Assembly: GCA_038816475.1 (NCBI GenBank) | Contig: JAWBAI010000004.1 | Coordinates: forward strand, 32,001-96,000 | Direction: 5' to 3' | Length of the DNA stretch: 64,000 bases | Origin: Desulfurococcaceae archaeon | Lineage (GTDB): Archaea > Thermoproteota > Thermoprotei_A > Sulfolobales > Desulfurococcaceae | Part shown: positions 28,290 to 38,121 of the stretch, piece after piece | How the letters are laid out: each line of letters begins with the position of its first letter | Numbering within the stretch: position 1 is the stretch's first letter | Position numbers and translations under genes: made by a program | Notes under the pieces: generated by a model | Databases searched by the model: none | What the model was told of the DNA's origin: nothing | Seen by the model: the letters and a program-made list of their open reading frames with translations, nothing else

Positions 28290-29485
28290 ACAGTATGAGT
28301 GTTAAGAGGCTCGCTTTAACAGGAAACCACGCTATAGCGTACGCTGTTAAGTACGCGAAACCCCAAGTTATAGCAGCTTATCCAATAACACCTCAAACAC
28401 CTATTGTGGAAAAGCTATCGGAGCTCATAGAGTTAGGTGAGCTTAAAGCAACAATGATCAGAGTTGAGTCAGAGCACTCTGCTCTAGCGGCTTGCTTTGG
28501 TGCATCAATAGCGGGTGCTAGAACCTTCACAGCAACGAGTAGTCAGGGATTACTCTACATGCACGAGGTTGTACACTGGATTTCTAGAGCTAGAGCACCC
28601 GTAGTTATGGCTATCGTTTCAAGAACAATAAACACACCGTGGAATATATGGCCTGATCACAGCGATTTCGTGGATCAGCGTGATGCCGGGTGGATAATGT
28701 CTTATGCCATGGACTCACAGGAAGCATTCGATCTAACACTGCAGGCATTTAAGATAAGTGAACACCCGTTGGTGTATTTACCAGTTATGGTCGGTATAGA
28801 GGGGTTCATTGTAGGGCATACGGCTACGCCGGTGGATTTACCCGATGAGAAGCTCGTTGATGATTGGTTAGGTGAAAGAAAGCAACCCTATGTTATTGAC
28901 GGCACTGAACCCATAGGACTAGGAAACCTTGCTTTTCCCGAGGATACAGAGGACATGTTCTACGGCATACAGGAAGCTATGGAGAACTCTAAGAAAGTAA
29001 TAAAGGAGGTGGACGAGGAATACGGCAAATTGTTTGGTAGAAGATACGGTGGGCTTGTAAGTTGCTATAACTGTAACGATGCCAAGTACATAGCTATTGC
29101 TATGGGTGCTTGGACGGGAGACCTTATTGAGGCGGCATTAAAGCTGAGAAATGAAGGTTACCCGGTGGGTGTTCTAAGAATAAGGTATTACAGACCATTC
29201 CCAGCCGATGATATATGGAATTACGTAAGCAACACTAAGGGTATCGTAGTGTTCGACAGAGCTATTAGCTTCGGTGCGTGGGGACCATTATATACCGATC
29301 TCGTTGCAGGGCTCACTCTTCATAGCGCGAAGTTGCCAGTTATAGTAAACGTAGTAGCAGGAATAGCTGGTGTAGACGTTTCACCGGAGGACTTCTACTT
29401 GATACTCAAGTCGTTCATAGATAAAATAGAGAAGGGTGAATACACAGGTAGAAACTATTTCACATGGAAGAAGGTTAGAAGGTGA
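28286..29485 (+). CDS. porA: 2-oxoacid:ferredoxin oxidoreductase alpha subunit
   Basis: AAYPITPQT, VESEHSA, TATSSQGL, RPFP. Confidence 0.95.
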   Translation: MNSMSVKRLALTGNHAIAYAVKYAKPQVIAAYPITPQTPIVEKLSELIELGELKATMIRVESEHSALAACFGASIAGARTFTATSSQGLLYMHEVVHWISRARAPVVMAIVSRTINTPWNIWPDHSDFVDQRDAGWIMSYAMDSQEAFDLTLQAFKISEHPLVYLPVMVGIEGFIVGHTATPVDLPDEKLVDDWLGERKQPYVIDGTEPIGLGNLAFPEDTEDMFYGIQEAMENSKKVIKEVDEEYGKLFGRRYGGLVSCYNCNDAKYIAIAMGAWTGDLIEAALKLRNEGYPVGVLRIRYYRPFPADDIWNYVSNTKGIVVFDRAISFGAWGPLYTDLVAGLTLHSAKLPVIVNVVAGIAGVDVSPEDFYLILKSFIDKIEKGEYTGRNYFTWKKVRR

Positions 29486-30420
29486 AACACGTGAGTACGT
29501 CCACGTCCAAGGTGAAACCCCCGCTTCCCTATGCATCAAGAGATTACCTCTACCCAGGAGACGCGGCGTGCCCAGGTTGTCCTATTCCAATTGCATGGAA
29601 AACTCTAATAGCAGCTCTTGGAGGCAGGATCATAGTTGTTATACCAGCATGTTGTACTTCAATAGTTGTGGGGCCGTATCCTGGTCAAGCTTACAGCGTG
29701 AGCATAGTGCATGTCCCCTTTGCAGCAGCAGCATCGGTAGCATCTGGAATAGCGAGTAGCCTCGAAGAGAGAGGTATAAGAGATGTTCATGTTGTTGTCT
29801 GGGCTGGTGATGGAGGAACAGCCGATATAGGCATGGCAACAGTTAGCGGGGCCGCGGAGAGAAACGACAACATAATTTACGTGATGTACGATAACGAAGC
29901 ATACATGAATACCGGTATTCAGAGAAGCTCTTCAACACCTAGGGGTGCGTGGACTACTACTACGCCAATACTGGGTAAACAGGAGAACAAGAAGGATGTT
30001 GCAAGAATAATGATAGCTCACGGAGTACCCTACGTGGCAACAGCGAGCATAGGGTATCCACACGACTTCTACAGTAAGTTGCAGAGAGCTAAGAACATTA
30101 GAGGATTTAGATTCATACATTTACATGCTCCATGCCCAATCGGGTGGAGATTCGACCCTATGTATACAGTGAGGATCGCTAAGTTGGCTGTTGAAACAGG
30201 CATGTGGATACTATACGAGTACCATAATGGAAAAGCGGTTATTTCGCCGCCAAGCAGACCATACGCTGACCCATCCAAGAGAAAACCCATAGAAGAGTAC
30301 TTAAGGCTACAGGGAAGATTTAGAAGCATTGATTCCCAGCTAATCAACGAAATGAAAAGCTACGTTGATGAAAACTGGAAATGGATTATGAAATTAACGT
30401 CTTTGGACGCAACCTCATGA
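29482..30420 (+). CDS. porB: 2-oxoacid:ferredoxin oxidoreductase beta subunit (TPP-binding)
   Basis: ACPGC, WAGDGGTADIG, DNEAYMNTGIQRS, PCPIGW; substrate specificity (POR vs VOR) not resolvable from sequence. Confidence 0.95.
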   Translation: MKHVSTSTSKVKPPLPYASRDYLYPGDAACPGCPIPIAWKTLIAALGGRIIVVIPACCTSIVVGPYPGQAYSVSIVHVPFAAAASVASGIASSLEERGIRDVHVVVWAGDGGTADIGMATVSGAAERNDNIIYVMYDNEAYMNTGIQRSSSTPRGAWTTTTPILGKQENKKDVARIMIAHGVPYVATASIGYPHDFYSKLQRAKNIRGFRFIHLHAPCPIGWRFDPMYTVRIAKLAVETGMWILYEYHNGKAVISPPSRPYADPSKRKPIEEYLRLQGRFRSIDSQLINEMKSYVDENWKWIMKLTSLDATS

Positions 30421-30953
30421 ACGCCGATACGCTAAACGTATTGGTTGATCTTGCTTGCAATCTTGGGCACACTACTCGATTAGCCAAGATTCTCAAAAAC
30501 GCAGGAATAGATTTTAGAATCACATCATATGATACACTTAGAGTAAGAGAAAAAGTTTTTCTCAGTAAATCCTTCGAAGACGCTGCAAACAAGGTGCTCC
30601 AGGTTTTCGATCAGATAAAAAATAACAAGGATCTCTGGAACACAGCATGCGTAGAAGTATGGATCGAATCCAGTAGCGATCACATGGTTAAGCCTTCGAT
30701 CATAAAATACGATGAGCTATGCATCTATGTGAGAAGAGGCGCGAGGAGCAAAATAGTATTCAAGATCGCGTGGATTGAGCCCTGTAAACAGGTAGCAGGA
30801 GAGCTTATTCCAGAAAGTATCACAAGGTTTTGTTTCTCCGATCCAAACACTATAACCTCTATAAAGAACATTGTTTTAAAGTTCACGGGTTCACTCCAAC
30901 CGGTACGGGAATACGTAATGAGATCCTCATGTGGGGAACAAGAAATCTGTTAA
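30417..30953 (+). CDS. Hypothetical protein co-transcribed with the por genes
   Basis: ATGA overlap with the porB stop; 178 aa; no motif recognised. Confidence 0.6.
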   Translation: MNADTLNVLVDLACNLGHTTRLAKILKNAGIDFRITSYDTLRVREKVFLSKSFEDAANKVLQVFDQIKNNKDLWNTACVEVWIESSSDHMVKPSIIKYDELCIYVRRGARSKIVFKIAWIEPCKQVAGELIPESITRFCFSDPNTITSIKNIVLKFTGSLQPVREYVMRSSCGEQEIC

Positions 30954-30984
30954 AACCCCTTTGAATAAATCATCATATATTGTA

Positions 30985-31072
30985 GGGCCCGTCGTCTAGC
31001 CTGGCTAGGATGCGGGGTTCGGGATTTCAGCGGAAATCCCCGTGACCCGGGGTTCAAATCCCCGCGGGCCCA
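30985..31072 (+). tRNA. tRNA-Pro(CGG) with a 13-nt intron at 37/38 (31024-31036)
   Basis: Acceptor GGGCCCG/CGGGCCC, anticodon stem CGGGG/CCCCG, anticodon CGG at 31020-22, T loop TTCAAAT; splice motif TTCG/CGGA helix with GGA and AAT bulges. Confidence 0.93.
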
Positions 31073-31073
31073 C

Positions 31074-31502
31074 TTGCAATCATACTGTGAATTAGTGATT
31101 ACGTTGTCGATCAGAAAGACTAGGGAGGAGCTTCGTGAACTCGATAGTACTAAGGTAGCATCAATTCTTCCAAGTGTGTATGAATTCCGGTTTGTAAAGT
31201 TGGCTATCCTCGATAATACTTCTCAGCAGGCACTCTGGATTTACATGGGAAGGAGCTCGGATTATCTGGTAGTTCCGGGGTATTTCTGCAGTTGCATGGA
31301 CTTTATGGTGAGAACCATTATTAACAAGACATCACCTTACTGTAAGCACCTAGCAGGTGTTCAAATAGCCATGAAGGCGAAAAAGTACGCCGTTCTGCAT
31401 GTTGATGTTGAAGAGTCAGCTGTAATAATAGCTGAAATACTGGAGAATAGGTTTTCGTCAACACTGAGAAAACTGCTGAGCAGGGGGAAACAAACAAGTT
31501 GA
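31074..31502 (+). CDS. SWIM zinc-finger protein
   Basis: FCSCMDF.......YCKHL; true start probably GTG 31095 or TTG 31104. Confidence 0.85.
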   Translation: MQSYCELVITLSIRKTREELRELDSTKVASILPSVYEFRFVKLAILDNTSQQALWIYMGRSSDYLVVPGYFCSCMDFMVRTIINKTSPYCKHLAGVQIAMKAKKYAVLHVDVEESAVIIAEILENRFSSTLRKLLSRGKQTS

Positions 31503-31587
31503 CAACTTGAGCAAAACATATGATATAAGCTAGATTAACCCTAATACATAACACACGAAGCAAGCACATTTAAGTAAGGTGTGATAA

Positions 31588-31863
31588 ATGGGTCGCAGAA
31601 GAAAGAGAAGAAAAACCATAGTTAAGAGGGTTGTTAAAATACCAATAGTGTTCGATTGCCCCAATTGTGCATCTAAAAGCTTAACCATTACAATAAAGAA
31701 AAGCGGTGATAAAGCATCCGCTCTTGTATCATGCAGTTCGTGTGGATTGCTTGATGATGAGGATTTCGCAGAGATACCTGTATTTTATGAAACTGTTGAC
31801 GTGTACGCTAAGTTCTTAGACCTTTATAGCAGTGGGCGAGCAAAGGTGAAGATGATGAAGTAA
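31588..31863 (+). CDS. elf1: Transcription elongation factor Elf1
   Basis: MGRRRKRRK, FDCPNC, CSSCG, VDVYAKFLD. Confidence 0.92.
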   Translation: MGRRRKRRKTIVKRVVKIPIVFDCPNCASKSLTITIKKSGDKASALVSCSSCGLLDDEDFAEIPVFYETVDVYAKFLDLYSSGRAKVKMMK

Positions 31864-31878
31864 TGGTGAGGTGGCACC

Positions 31879-32622
31879 TTGGGAAAGGTACATGAGTACA
31901 TCATAGCGAAGATCAGTTCTGGCGAGAAATTGCATTTTACACTAGTTGATCCCGACAAGGTAGGAGATCTTGAAAATCTTGAAGCATTATCTCAGAAGAT
32001 GGTTAGTGCTGGAACAGATGGATTTCTCATAGGGGGTAGTATTGGTGTTACACCAGAGGAATCGAGTAATGTTGCTAGAGTACTAAAAAAGCATGGTTTA
32101 CCTGTGATAGTATTTCCAGGCAATATTAACTGCTTAACCCCTGAAGCGGACGCAGTACTATTCATGATTTTAATGAATACTCTAGAACCCTACTACTTGA
32201 TTCAAGCACAGGTTGCAGCAGCTCCGATCATAGCTAAGTACAGGCTCGAGACTTTGCCAACGGGTTACCTCGTAGTAGACCAAGGTACTGCTGTTGCACA
32301 TATTGGAAGAATACACCCCATACCCAGGAACAAGCCTGAGCTCGTAGCAGCCTATGCTTTGGCGGCTGAAATGCTTGGCTTGAAGTACTTGTACCTCGAG
32401 GCTGGAAGTGGAGCTCCTGAGCCGGTTCCCTCATCGTTTCCTCAGATGGTTAAGAGATTCACAAAGCTTATAACGATAGTTGGTGGAGGTATTAGAAGTC
32501 CGGAAACTGCTAGATTGCTCGTTAACTCTGGTGCAGATATAATAGTAACAGGTACTATAGTAGAAAAGGATGCAAACTTAGCCGAAAAAATAGTCAAAAG
32601 TATAAAAGAGCGTAATCAATAG
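31879..32622 (+). CDS. Geranylgeranylglyceryl phosphate synthase
   Basis: HFTLVDPDK, IGGS, FPG, YLEAGSGA, VGGGIR, GADIIVTGT. Confidence 0.95.
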   Translation: MGKVHEYIIAKISSGEKLHFTLVDPDKVGDLENLEALSQKMVSAGTDGFLIGGSIGVTPEESSNVARVLKKHGLPVIVFPGNINCLTPEADAVLFMILMNTLEPYYLIQAQVAAAPIIAKYRLETLPTGYLVVDQGTAVAHIGRIHPIPRNKPELVAAYALAAEMLGLKYLYLEAGSGAPEPVPSSFPQMVKRFTKLITIVGGGIRSPETARLLVNSGADIIVTGTIVEKDANLAEKIVKSIKERNQ

Positions 32623-32897
32623 CCACTAGAATTCCCATACTTCTTTCTGAAGGCTTCTTCCAGGTTTACATTGAGCAAATTGGCTATGCTCAATAGCCAC
32701 GCGAAGACATCAGCCAGTTCTTCTTCAATGGCATCCTTATTCATCTTTATTATAGCATCAGCTAGTTCTCCAACTTCCTCTATGAACCATGTGAACGTAG
32801 CATAGAGACCCCTTATTGAATCTCTCTCGTAGTAGTTTTTCCTTATTGTTTCCTGAGCTTTTGCTATATCCATGGGCATTGTCACCTTAACAGACAT
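32616..32897 (-). CDS. MazG-like nucleotide pyrophosphohydrolase
   Basis: EEVGELA...EELADVFAWLLS.AN. Confidence 0.9.
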   Translation of the reverse strand: MSVKVTMPMDIAKAQETIRKNYYERDSIRGLYATFTWFIEEVGELADAIIKMNKDAIEEELADVFAWLLSIANLLNVNLEEAFRKKYGNSSGY

Positions 32898-32942
32898 ATT
32901 TTTATTTACGTGTATTCATAAGCATCTACCTGGTGGAACAGA

Positions 32943-33122
32943 GTGAGTAAGAGAAAGGATAAGAAAAGATCTCCCGCTGTTTTCTCAGCTGCTGGTTTAG
33001 TGAGGTTCTTCGAAGAAAGCGAAGCAAAAGTGCTTCTAAAGCCACATCTAATAATAATCTTAGCATTAATCTTCGTTGTAATCATCATAGCCTTATCTAA
33101 GCTTTTACCACCTCCAGTGTAA
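32943..33122 (+). CDS. secG: Preprotein translocase Sec61beta/SecG
   Basis: Not in track; MSKRKDKKRSPAVFSAAGLVRFFEESEAKVLLKPHLIIILALIFVVIIIALSKLLPPPV; AGL.RFF...P plus C-terminal TM. Confidence 0.92.
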   Translation: MSKRKDKKRSPAVFSAAGLVRFFEESEAKVLLKPHLIIILALIFVVIIIALSKLLPPPV

Positions 33123-33199
33123 AATGCGGACTACTTGGAAGTTTTAGATCACGACTTTTAAGCTCAAATAACGCTCTCACGCATACGTGGGTTCTCATC

Positions 33200-33253
33200 T
33201 ATCAGAAACACGGACCCTCATCACTGTTCTGATAAGTGGCGATTCATCATCAT
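33200..33253 (-). ncRNA. Box C/D 2'-O-methylation guide sRNA
   Basis: C ATGATGA - ATCGCCACTTAT - D' CAGA - C' GTGATGA - GGGTCCGTGTTT - D CTGA; TATTAAG box ~25 nt upstream. Confidence 0.88.
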
Positions 33254-33335
33254 GTTTAAACCTTACTTGACAGCTTAATATAGCTGGTCAAGGTAAGTCA
33301 AGTTTAGTCTAAGTACTAGTAAGATTTTAACCCCA

Positions 33336-34106
33336 ATGCAGGTTGTATACCGTGTACTAAGAGTGGTGAAGTGCTTAGTGACGAGGCCAAGTAATCAAGG
33401 CTCGAGTGCTCGAAAAATGATCATCATACAAGTAGCGTCGCTGATCACGCTTGCGTTGCTATCTGCACTAACTCCACGCGAGTACCTATGGATAGTGTTT
33501 CTACTTTACTTCGTAGTTATTATGGCTATAACCTCTAAGAGCGTTATGAAAGCTGCAAAAAAAGTAGATAAGCCCAGAAGCCTACTACTATTCGAGGAGA
33601 AGAATACTGCTGTTGCTATGTCAAGCGATGCTGTACTCCTGAACGAGCTTAAAAAGCAAATGAGCACAACTATGCTATCACTCATGTTACCACTAATACT
33701 GTTCCTGGCGTTTACACCACTATACTGGCAGTACGTGCACCCCACTCTACTTCAAGTACTTAAGAACATCCTCAGCTACGATTTTCTTGTGTTGTTTGTA
33801 GCATATCTAGTGTTCTACTCGATACTGATACTCATGTCACTTGGAACACGGCGCTTACTGCTAAAGTCTACGAAAATGGAGAAGCAGATACTGATACCAC
33901 GAAGCTTTGCTGTGTATAGAGATGGTGTCATAGCAGATGGAAGATTCTTCGAGTTTACCAGCGATATGTGCTATGAGGTTAACACAGCTAGAAGGTTTGC
34001 AGCTATCTACAGCAAAAACCTACCATTCACTATAAGACTCTACACGCTTGAGGCTTCTAAATTGAAGAACGCTTTGAAGGAGGTTAAGATAAGTGAGTGT
34101 CAATAG
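33336..34106 (+). CDS. DUF2208-like membrane protein
   Basis: 4 TMs, D..L..ELK.Q helix, C-terminal P..F.VY..G domain; start probably downstream (GTG after GGTGA). Confidence 0.75.
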   Translation: MQVVYRVLRVVKCLVTRPSNQGSSARKMIIIQVASLITLALLSALTPREYLWIVFLLYFVVIMAITSKSVMKAAKKVDKPRSLLLFEEKNTAVAMSSDAVLLNELKKQMSTTMLSLMLPLILFLAFTPLYWQYVHPTLLQVLKNILSYDFLVLFVAYLVFYSILILMSLGTRRLLLKSTKMEKQILIPRSFAVYRDGVIADGRFFEFTSDMCYEVNTARRFAAIYSKNLPFTIRLYTLEASKLKNALKEVKISECQ

Positions 34107-34338
34107 GAAGCGCGTTTGCTTGGTCTGTGGTAGAGTATTCCCGGAAGGGCAGGGAGTTGTGATTAGATTTAACAATGAGATTCTAGAATTCCACAGTAAC
34201 AAGTGTTTTGCCAAGTTTGCAAGAGCACTACTTGAGAGACTTCCTTCAAACGAAGTTAAAGGCTACATCAAGAGGCTCAAAGACGAATTCGAAGAAACCA
34301 TAAACCAGAGATCAAAACTTAAGATCAAAAAACTATAA
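34093..34338 (+). CDS. TRASH/L24e-like metal-binding small protein
   Basis: CLVCGRVFPEGQG......FHSNKC. Confidence 0.8.
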   Translation: MSVNRKRVCLVCGRVFPEGQGVVIRFNNEILEFHSNKCFAKFARALLERLPSNEVKGYIKRLKDEFEETINQRSKLKIKKL

Positions 34339-34363
34339 AGAACCCTAACTTATGTATTTAATT

Positions 34364-34425
34364 GAAATGATGAAACTTGCCCCGTTGGACTTAGAAAGGA
34401 TGAAGATATTATCGCGGCCTGATCA
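34364..34425 (+). ncRNA. Box C/D guide sRNA, both guides matching 16S rRNA h18 region
   Basis: C ATGATGA (34367-73), guide AACTTGCCCCGT, D'-like TGGA, C' ATGAAGA (34400-06), guide TATTATCGCGGC, D CTGA (34419-22); TATAAAG ~26 nt upstream. Confidence 0.85.
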
Positions 34426-34656
34426 ACTGCTTCGCTGATTTTTGAGTTTTTCTGCTAAAATAGACCTGATTCTTTCTAGCGAGTCCCTATCTAGATTTGC
34501 TTGAGCAAGTATACTTAGAGCTTTCCTCAAGGCTTCCTCCTCGCTGGTGGCACTAACGTTTATCACAATGTTTGTTCCTTCAACGCGGATTCTGTAGCGT
34601 TTCTCGTTGAAAAGCTCATAGACTTCTACTACTTTTAGCTCGTTTCTTGAGATCAA
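34423..34656 (-). CDS. Conserved hypothetical protein
   Basis: 77 aa, last gene of the radA-HIT operon; YRIRVEGTNIVINVSA motif. Confidence 0.7.
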   Translation of the reverse strand: MISRNELKVVEVYELFNEKRYRIRVEGTNIVINVSATSEEEALRKALSILAQANLDRDSLERIRSILAEKLKNQRSS

Positions 34657-34658
34657 GA

Positions 34659-35150
34659 TTACACCTTGTTCCAGATCGACTTAAGGAGACTATAGGATTC
34701 GTGAAGCGCCATGGGCAGTGGTTTTGTATTAGCTATTATTGCTATGAAGTTCGTATCTCCAACCCATCTAGGTACAACGTGGACGTGAAAGTGATCGGGA
34801 ATGCCAGCTCCTGCAGCTCTTCCAATGTTAGCACCAATGTTAAATCCATCTGGCTTAAACGCATCCCTGAGTACTTTCATGGATTTTTTCACCAGGATCA
34901 TCATCTCTAGTAGAGTTTCCTCGTCGAGTTCGAGAATATCACCTGTGTGCTTGTAAGATGCTATCATAAGATGTCCAGTGTTATAGGGGTAAGCGTTCAG
35001 AAGTACGAATGCTCTACTTCCTCTGTGTAGAATAAGCGCATCCTCGTCTTTTTCGCCCTGAACTCTGCAAAATAAGCACTCTTCCGTTTCATGCTTACTT
35101 GTGAACTTCTTTATGTACTCGTATCTCCACGGATTCCAGAGGATCTGCAT
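34659..35150 (-). CDS. HIT-family hydrolase
   Basis: LWNPWR..YI, CLFC, LNAYPYNTGHLM, AGAGIPDHFHVHVVPRW.GD. Confidence 0.95.
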   Translation of the reverse strand: MQILWNPWRYEYIKKFTSKHETEECLFCRVQGEKDEDALILHRGSRAFVLLNAYPYNTGHLMIASYKHTGDILELDEETLLEMMILVKKSMKVLRDAFKPDGFNIGANIGRAAGAGIPDHFHVHVVPRWVGDTNFIAIIANTKPLPMALHESYSLLKSIWNKV

Positions 35151-35153
35151 TGT

Positions 35154-36155
35154 TTAACGCCGTGGCGAGAGCTCTTCCACGTCGCGAATACCCTCGTCTG
35201 TTATTGCGAACTCTGCTTCGCCTTCTGGTAGGTGTGGTGCATCTACTACACGGGCTATTCTCTTGTTTCCTCGTATTTTTCTAAGCTGAACCCTAACGCC
35301 TGGAACATGAGCGAGAACATGCCCTCCTACGGCAATTACGGGGTCGCCGTAGAACACGTCTGGTCTAGCCATAACTTGGTTGGTAACAATAACGGCTATG
35401 TTGTAAGCTTCTGCTAACCTCATTAGCTGATGTAGATGAGCGTTTAGCTTCTGCTGTCTCTCAGCTAAGTGCTCTCTACCTGGATATTCAGCTCTGAAGT
35501 GGCTAGTTACACTATCTATTACTACGAGCTTAACGTTGTTCTTCGGAACGAAGGAGAATAGCTCTTCGATAATAGACATCTGGTGGTCGCTATTATAAGC
35601 TCTAATGTAGTATATGTTGTCCATAGTCGTATCGGGGTCTAGTCCGAGAGATCTCGCCATAGCTTCTATTCTCTCCCACCTGAACGTGCCCTCGGTGTCG
35701 ATGTAAACGGCTTTACCTAAGAGACCTCCTCTTTCGAATGGTAGCTGAACATTTACGCTTAGCTGCATGCAGAGCTGTGTCTTACCGCTTCCATACTCGC
35801 CAAAGAACTCCGTTATAGTCTTGGTCTCTATACCACCACCTAGCAGGTCATCAAGGGCTTTACTACCAGTTGTAATTTTCCTAACAGCAAGCCTCTCCTG
35901 TTTAACCTCGCGCGCTGTTTTGAACCTTATACCAAGCATTCTCCTAGCGTTCTCGATGATCTTTTGAGCTGTAAGAGCTGGGATACCGGTTTTCTCGGCG
36001 AGCTCGTCAGCTCTAGCAACTACGAGACTCCATGCAGAAGCATAACCAGCAGCTTCAAGCTTTTCAGCTATAGCCGGATTAACACCTGGTACTTCCCTTA
36101 CAGAGATGAATCCTACTTCTCCGTGCTTAGAGTCCTGAGGCTTCTGAGATGTCAC
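35154..36155 (-). CDS. radA: DNA repair and recombination protein RadA
   Basis: N-terminal Hh[46 protein letters not shown]. Confidence 0.99.
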   Translation of the reverse strand: MTSQKPQDSKHGEVGFISVREVPGVNPAIAEKLEAAGYASAWSLVVARADELAEKTGIPALTAQKIIENARRMLGIRFKTAREVKQERLAVRKITTGSKALDDLLGGGIETKTITEFFGEYGSGKTQLCMQLSVNVQLPFERGGLLGKAVYIDTEGTFRWERIEAMARSLGLDPDTTMDNIYYIRAYNSDHQMSIIEELFSFVPKNNVKLVVIDSVTSHFRAEYPGREHLAERQQKLNAHLHQLMRLAEAYNIAVIVTNQVMARPDVFYGDPVIAVGGHVLAHVPGVRVQLRKIRGNKRIARVVDAPHLPEGEAEFAITDEGIRDVEELSPRR

Positions 36156-36261
36156 TCGGGATCCCCATGTAGTTGTGTATTTTTAAAAAGCGTTTAATAT
36201 AGTAGGGTATACTTTTAAGAATAATTTGAATTATAGTTGGATACATGAGGGTTTCTGAGAG

Positions 36262-38085
36262 TTGAAATTGCTCTTAATACACGCGAGAAGATTCACCTAT
36301 GAACCCGTAGAACCAGCTGTAAAGGAGCATGAACAGATTCAAGCGAGTTTTAAGAAGGACTTTGAGAACACTCTAGTTGTGTTCACCACGGTTGAGAACT
36401 CCGATGACGAAAGTGTTGTAGCGGAAGCAGTACAAAGCATTAACGAAGTTGTACTGCAGGTTAAGCCACTAGAGGTCCTGATATACCCCTACGCTCACCT
36501 CTCCTCAGATCTAGCTCCTCCAAGCAAAGCGCAGGAGATACTCAGTAAACTCTACATGGAGGCTAGTAAGACTCTTAATGTACCCGTGCACAAAGCCCCC
36601 TTTGGCTGGTACAAGGCTTTCAAATTGGATTGCTTTGGGCACCCTCTCAGCGAACTATCGAGAACCATAACTAGGAAGGCTGTAACTCAGCGGCCTAAAA
36701 TAGAGAAGAAGTTCTATATCATGACCCCCGATGGAGTGCTTCATGACCCTGGAAGTTTCGACTACACTAACTACCCTGAGCTAAAGATACTTGTTGATAA
36801 AGAAGTTTACGGGGTTGAACTAGAGGGAGGCGAAAACAGGGTAAACGACTACTGCAGGAAGTTTGGATTCGAATGGGAGTTCATGGGAGATCACGGCCAC
36901 ATGAGGTATGGTCCATACGCTACGCCGATCATAGAAGCTGTCATGAGGTACTCGTGGAAGGTCGTTCAGAGTCTAGGTATACCTGTCTACAAGGTTATGG
37001 GTACAAATATGTTCAACTTAAAGGAAAAACCTGTGTATGAGCACGCGCTCCTATTCGGAGATAGACTCTACGAAGTTGAGGTTGATAACGAGCGTTACGT
37101 TTTAAGGTACGCGGCGTGTCACCAGCAGTTCGCAATGATCAAGGACTGGGTTATAAGTTATAAAGACCTCCCGTTGGGCGTGTTCGAGGTGGCTGATAGT
37201 TACAGACTTGAGCAACGCGGGGAACTTGCGCTTTGCTTTAGACTTAGAAAGTTCTACATGCCTGACCTCCACATACTAACCAAAAACATAGATGAGGCTG
37301 TTAAGGTTGCAAAGGTAGTTCAACAGAAAATACACGAAGAGGCTCAAAAAGTGGGTAGACGCTACGTAGCTCTCTACAATGTTACAGAAGACTTCCTATT
37401 AAACTTTAAGGACTATTTACTTGAGTTCGTTAAGGGTGAGAATGCACCGGTATTACTTGCCGTTATACCAGCGGGTGTATACTACTGGGTCATAAACGTT
37501 GAGTACCATATTATTGATAATCTCAAAAGGCCGAGAGAAATAGCTACGTTTCAAATAGATGTGGGTAACAGTAAGAGATTTGGAATAACCTATGTTGACG
37601 AGAACAACGAGAAACGTTACCCCATAATAATACATACAGCGATTATAGGTAGTGTTGAGAGATACATATACATGGTCCTGGATACAGCTGCTCTCATGGA
37701 GAAAGAAGGTAAAACACCCTATATACCAACTTGGCTCACACCGGTACAGGTCCGCGTGATACCTGTTTCGAAAGAGTTTTTAGAATACGCTGAAACAGTC
37801 GCAAAACAGCTTCGTGATAGAGGTATTAGAGTTGAATTGGATGACAGAGACTTAACTCTTGGAAAGAAGATACGAGATGCTGGAACAAGCTGGATACCAT
37901 ACATTGTTGTAGTAGGCAAGAGAGAAGTAGAGACTCAAACAATTAACGTTAAAGTGCGGAGAACTAATGACCAGCACTTAATGAAGGTAGAAGAGCTAGT
38001 TGAGCACATATACTCAGAAGTAAAAGACTACGTACAAGTAGAACAGACTGTACCTATGTACCTCAGTAGAAGACCGTCATTTTAG
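36262..38085 (+). CDS. thrS: Threonyl-tRNA synthetase, archaeal type with N-terminal editing domain
   Basis: MKLLLIHA, YPYAHLSSDL, APFGWYKAF..GHPLSELSR editing domain; LRYAACHQQF, FQID, IHTAIIGSVER; anticodon-binding domain. Confidence 0.97.
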   Translation: MKLLLIHARRFTYEPVEPAVKEHEQIQASFKKDFENTLVVFTTVENSDDESVVAEAVQSINEVVLQVKPLEVLIYPYAHLSSDLAPPSKAQEILSKLYMEASKTLNVPVHKAPFGWYKAFKLDCFGHPLSELSRTITRKAVTQRPKIEKKFYIMTPDGVLHDPGSFDYTNYPELKILVDKEVYGVELEGGENRVNDYCRKFGFEWEFMGDHGHMRYGPYATPIIEAVMRYSWKVVQSLGIPVYKVMGTNMFNLKEKPVYEHALLFGDRLYEVEVDNERYVLRYAACHQQFAMIKDWVISYKDLPLGVFEVADSYRLEQRGELALCFRLRKFYMPDLHILTKNIDEAVKVAKVVQQKIHEEAQKVGRRYVALYNVTEDFLLNFKDYLLEFVKGENAPVLLAVIPAGVYYWVINVEYHIIDNLKRPREIATFQIDVGNSKRFGITYVDENNEKRYPIIIHTAIIGSVERYIYMVLDTAALMEKEGKTPYIPTWLTPVQVRVIPVSKEFLEYAETVAKQLRDRGIRVELDDRDLTLGKKIRDAGTSWIPYIVVVGKREVETQTINVKVRRTNDQHLMKVEELVEHIYSEVKDYVQVEQTVPMYLSRRPSF

Positions 38086-38121
38086 AGGCAAAGTTTACTT
38101 CAAAGTCACCAGGTTTTAGAA

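Noticed and set aside
32906-33088. 60-aa - strand ORF in the track
   Set aside because: Antisense shadow of the Sec61beta gene.
34093-34338. Ribosomal protein eL24
   Set aside because: Only the TRASH-like metal motif matches; the KLKWT-type eL24 tail is absent.
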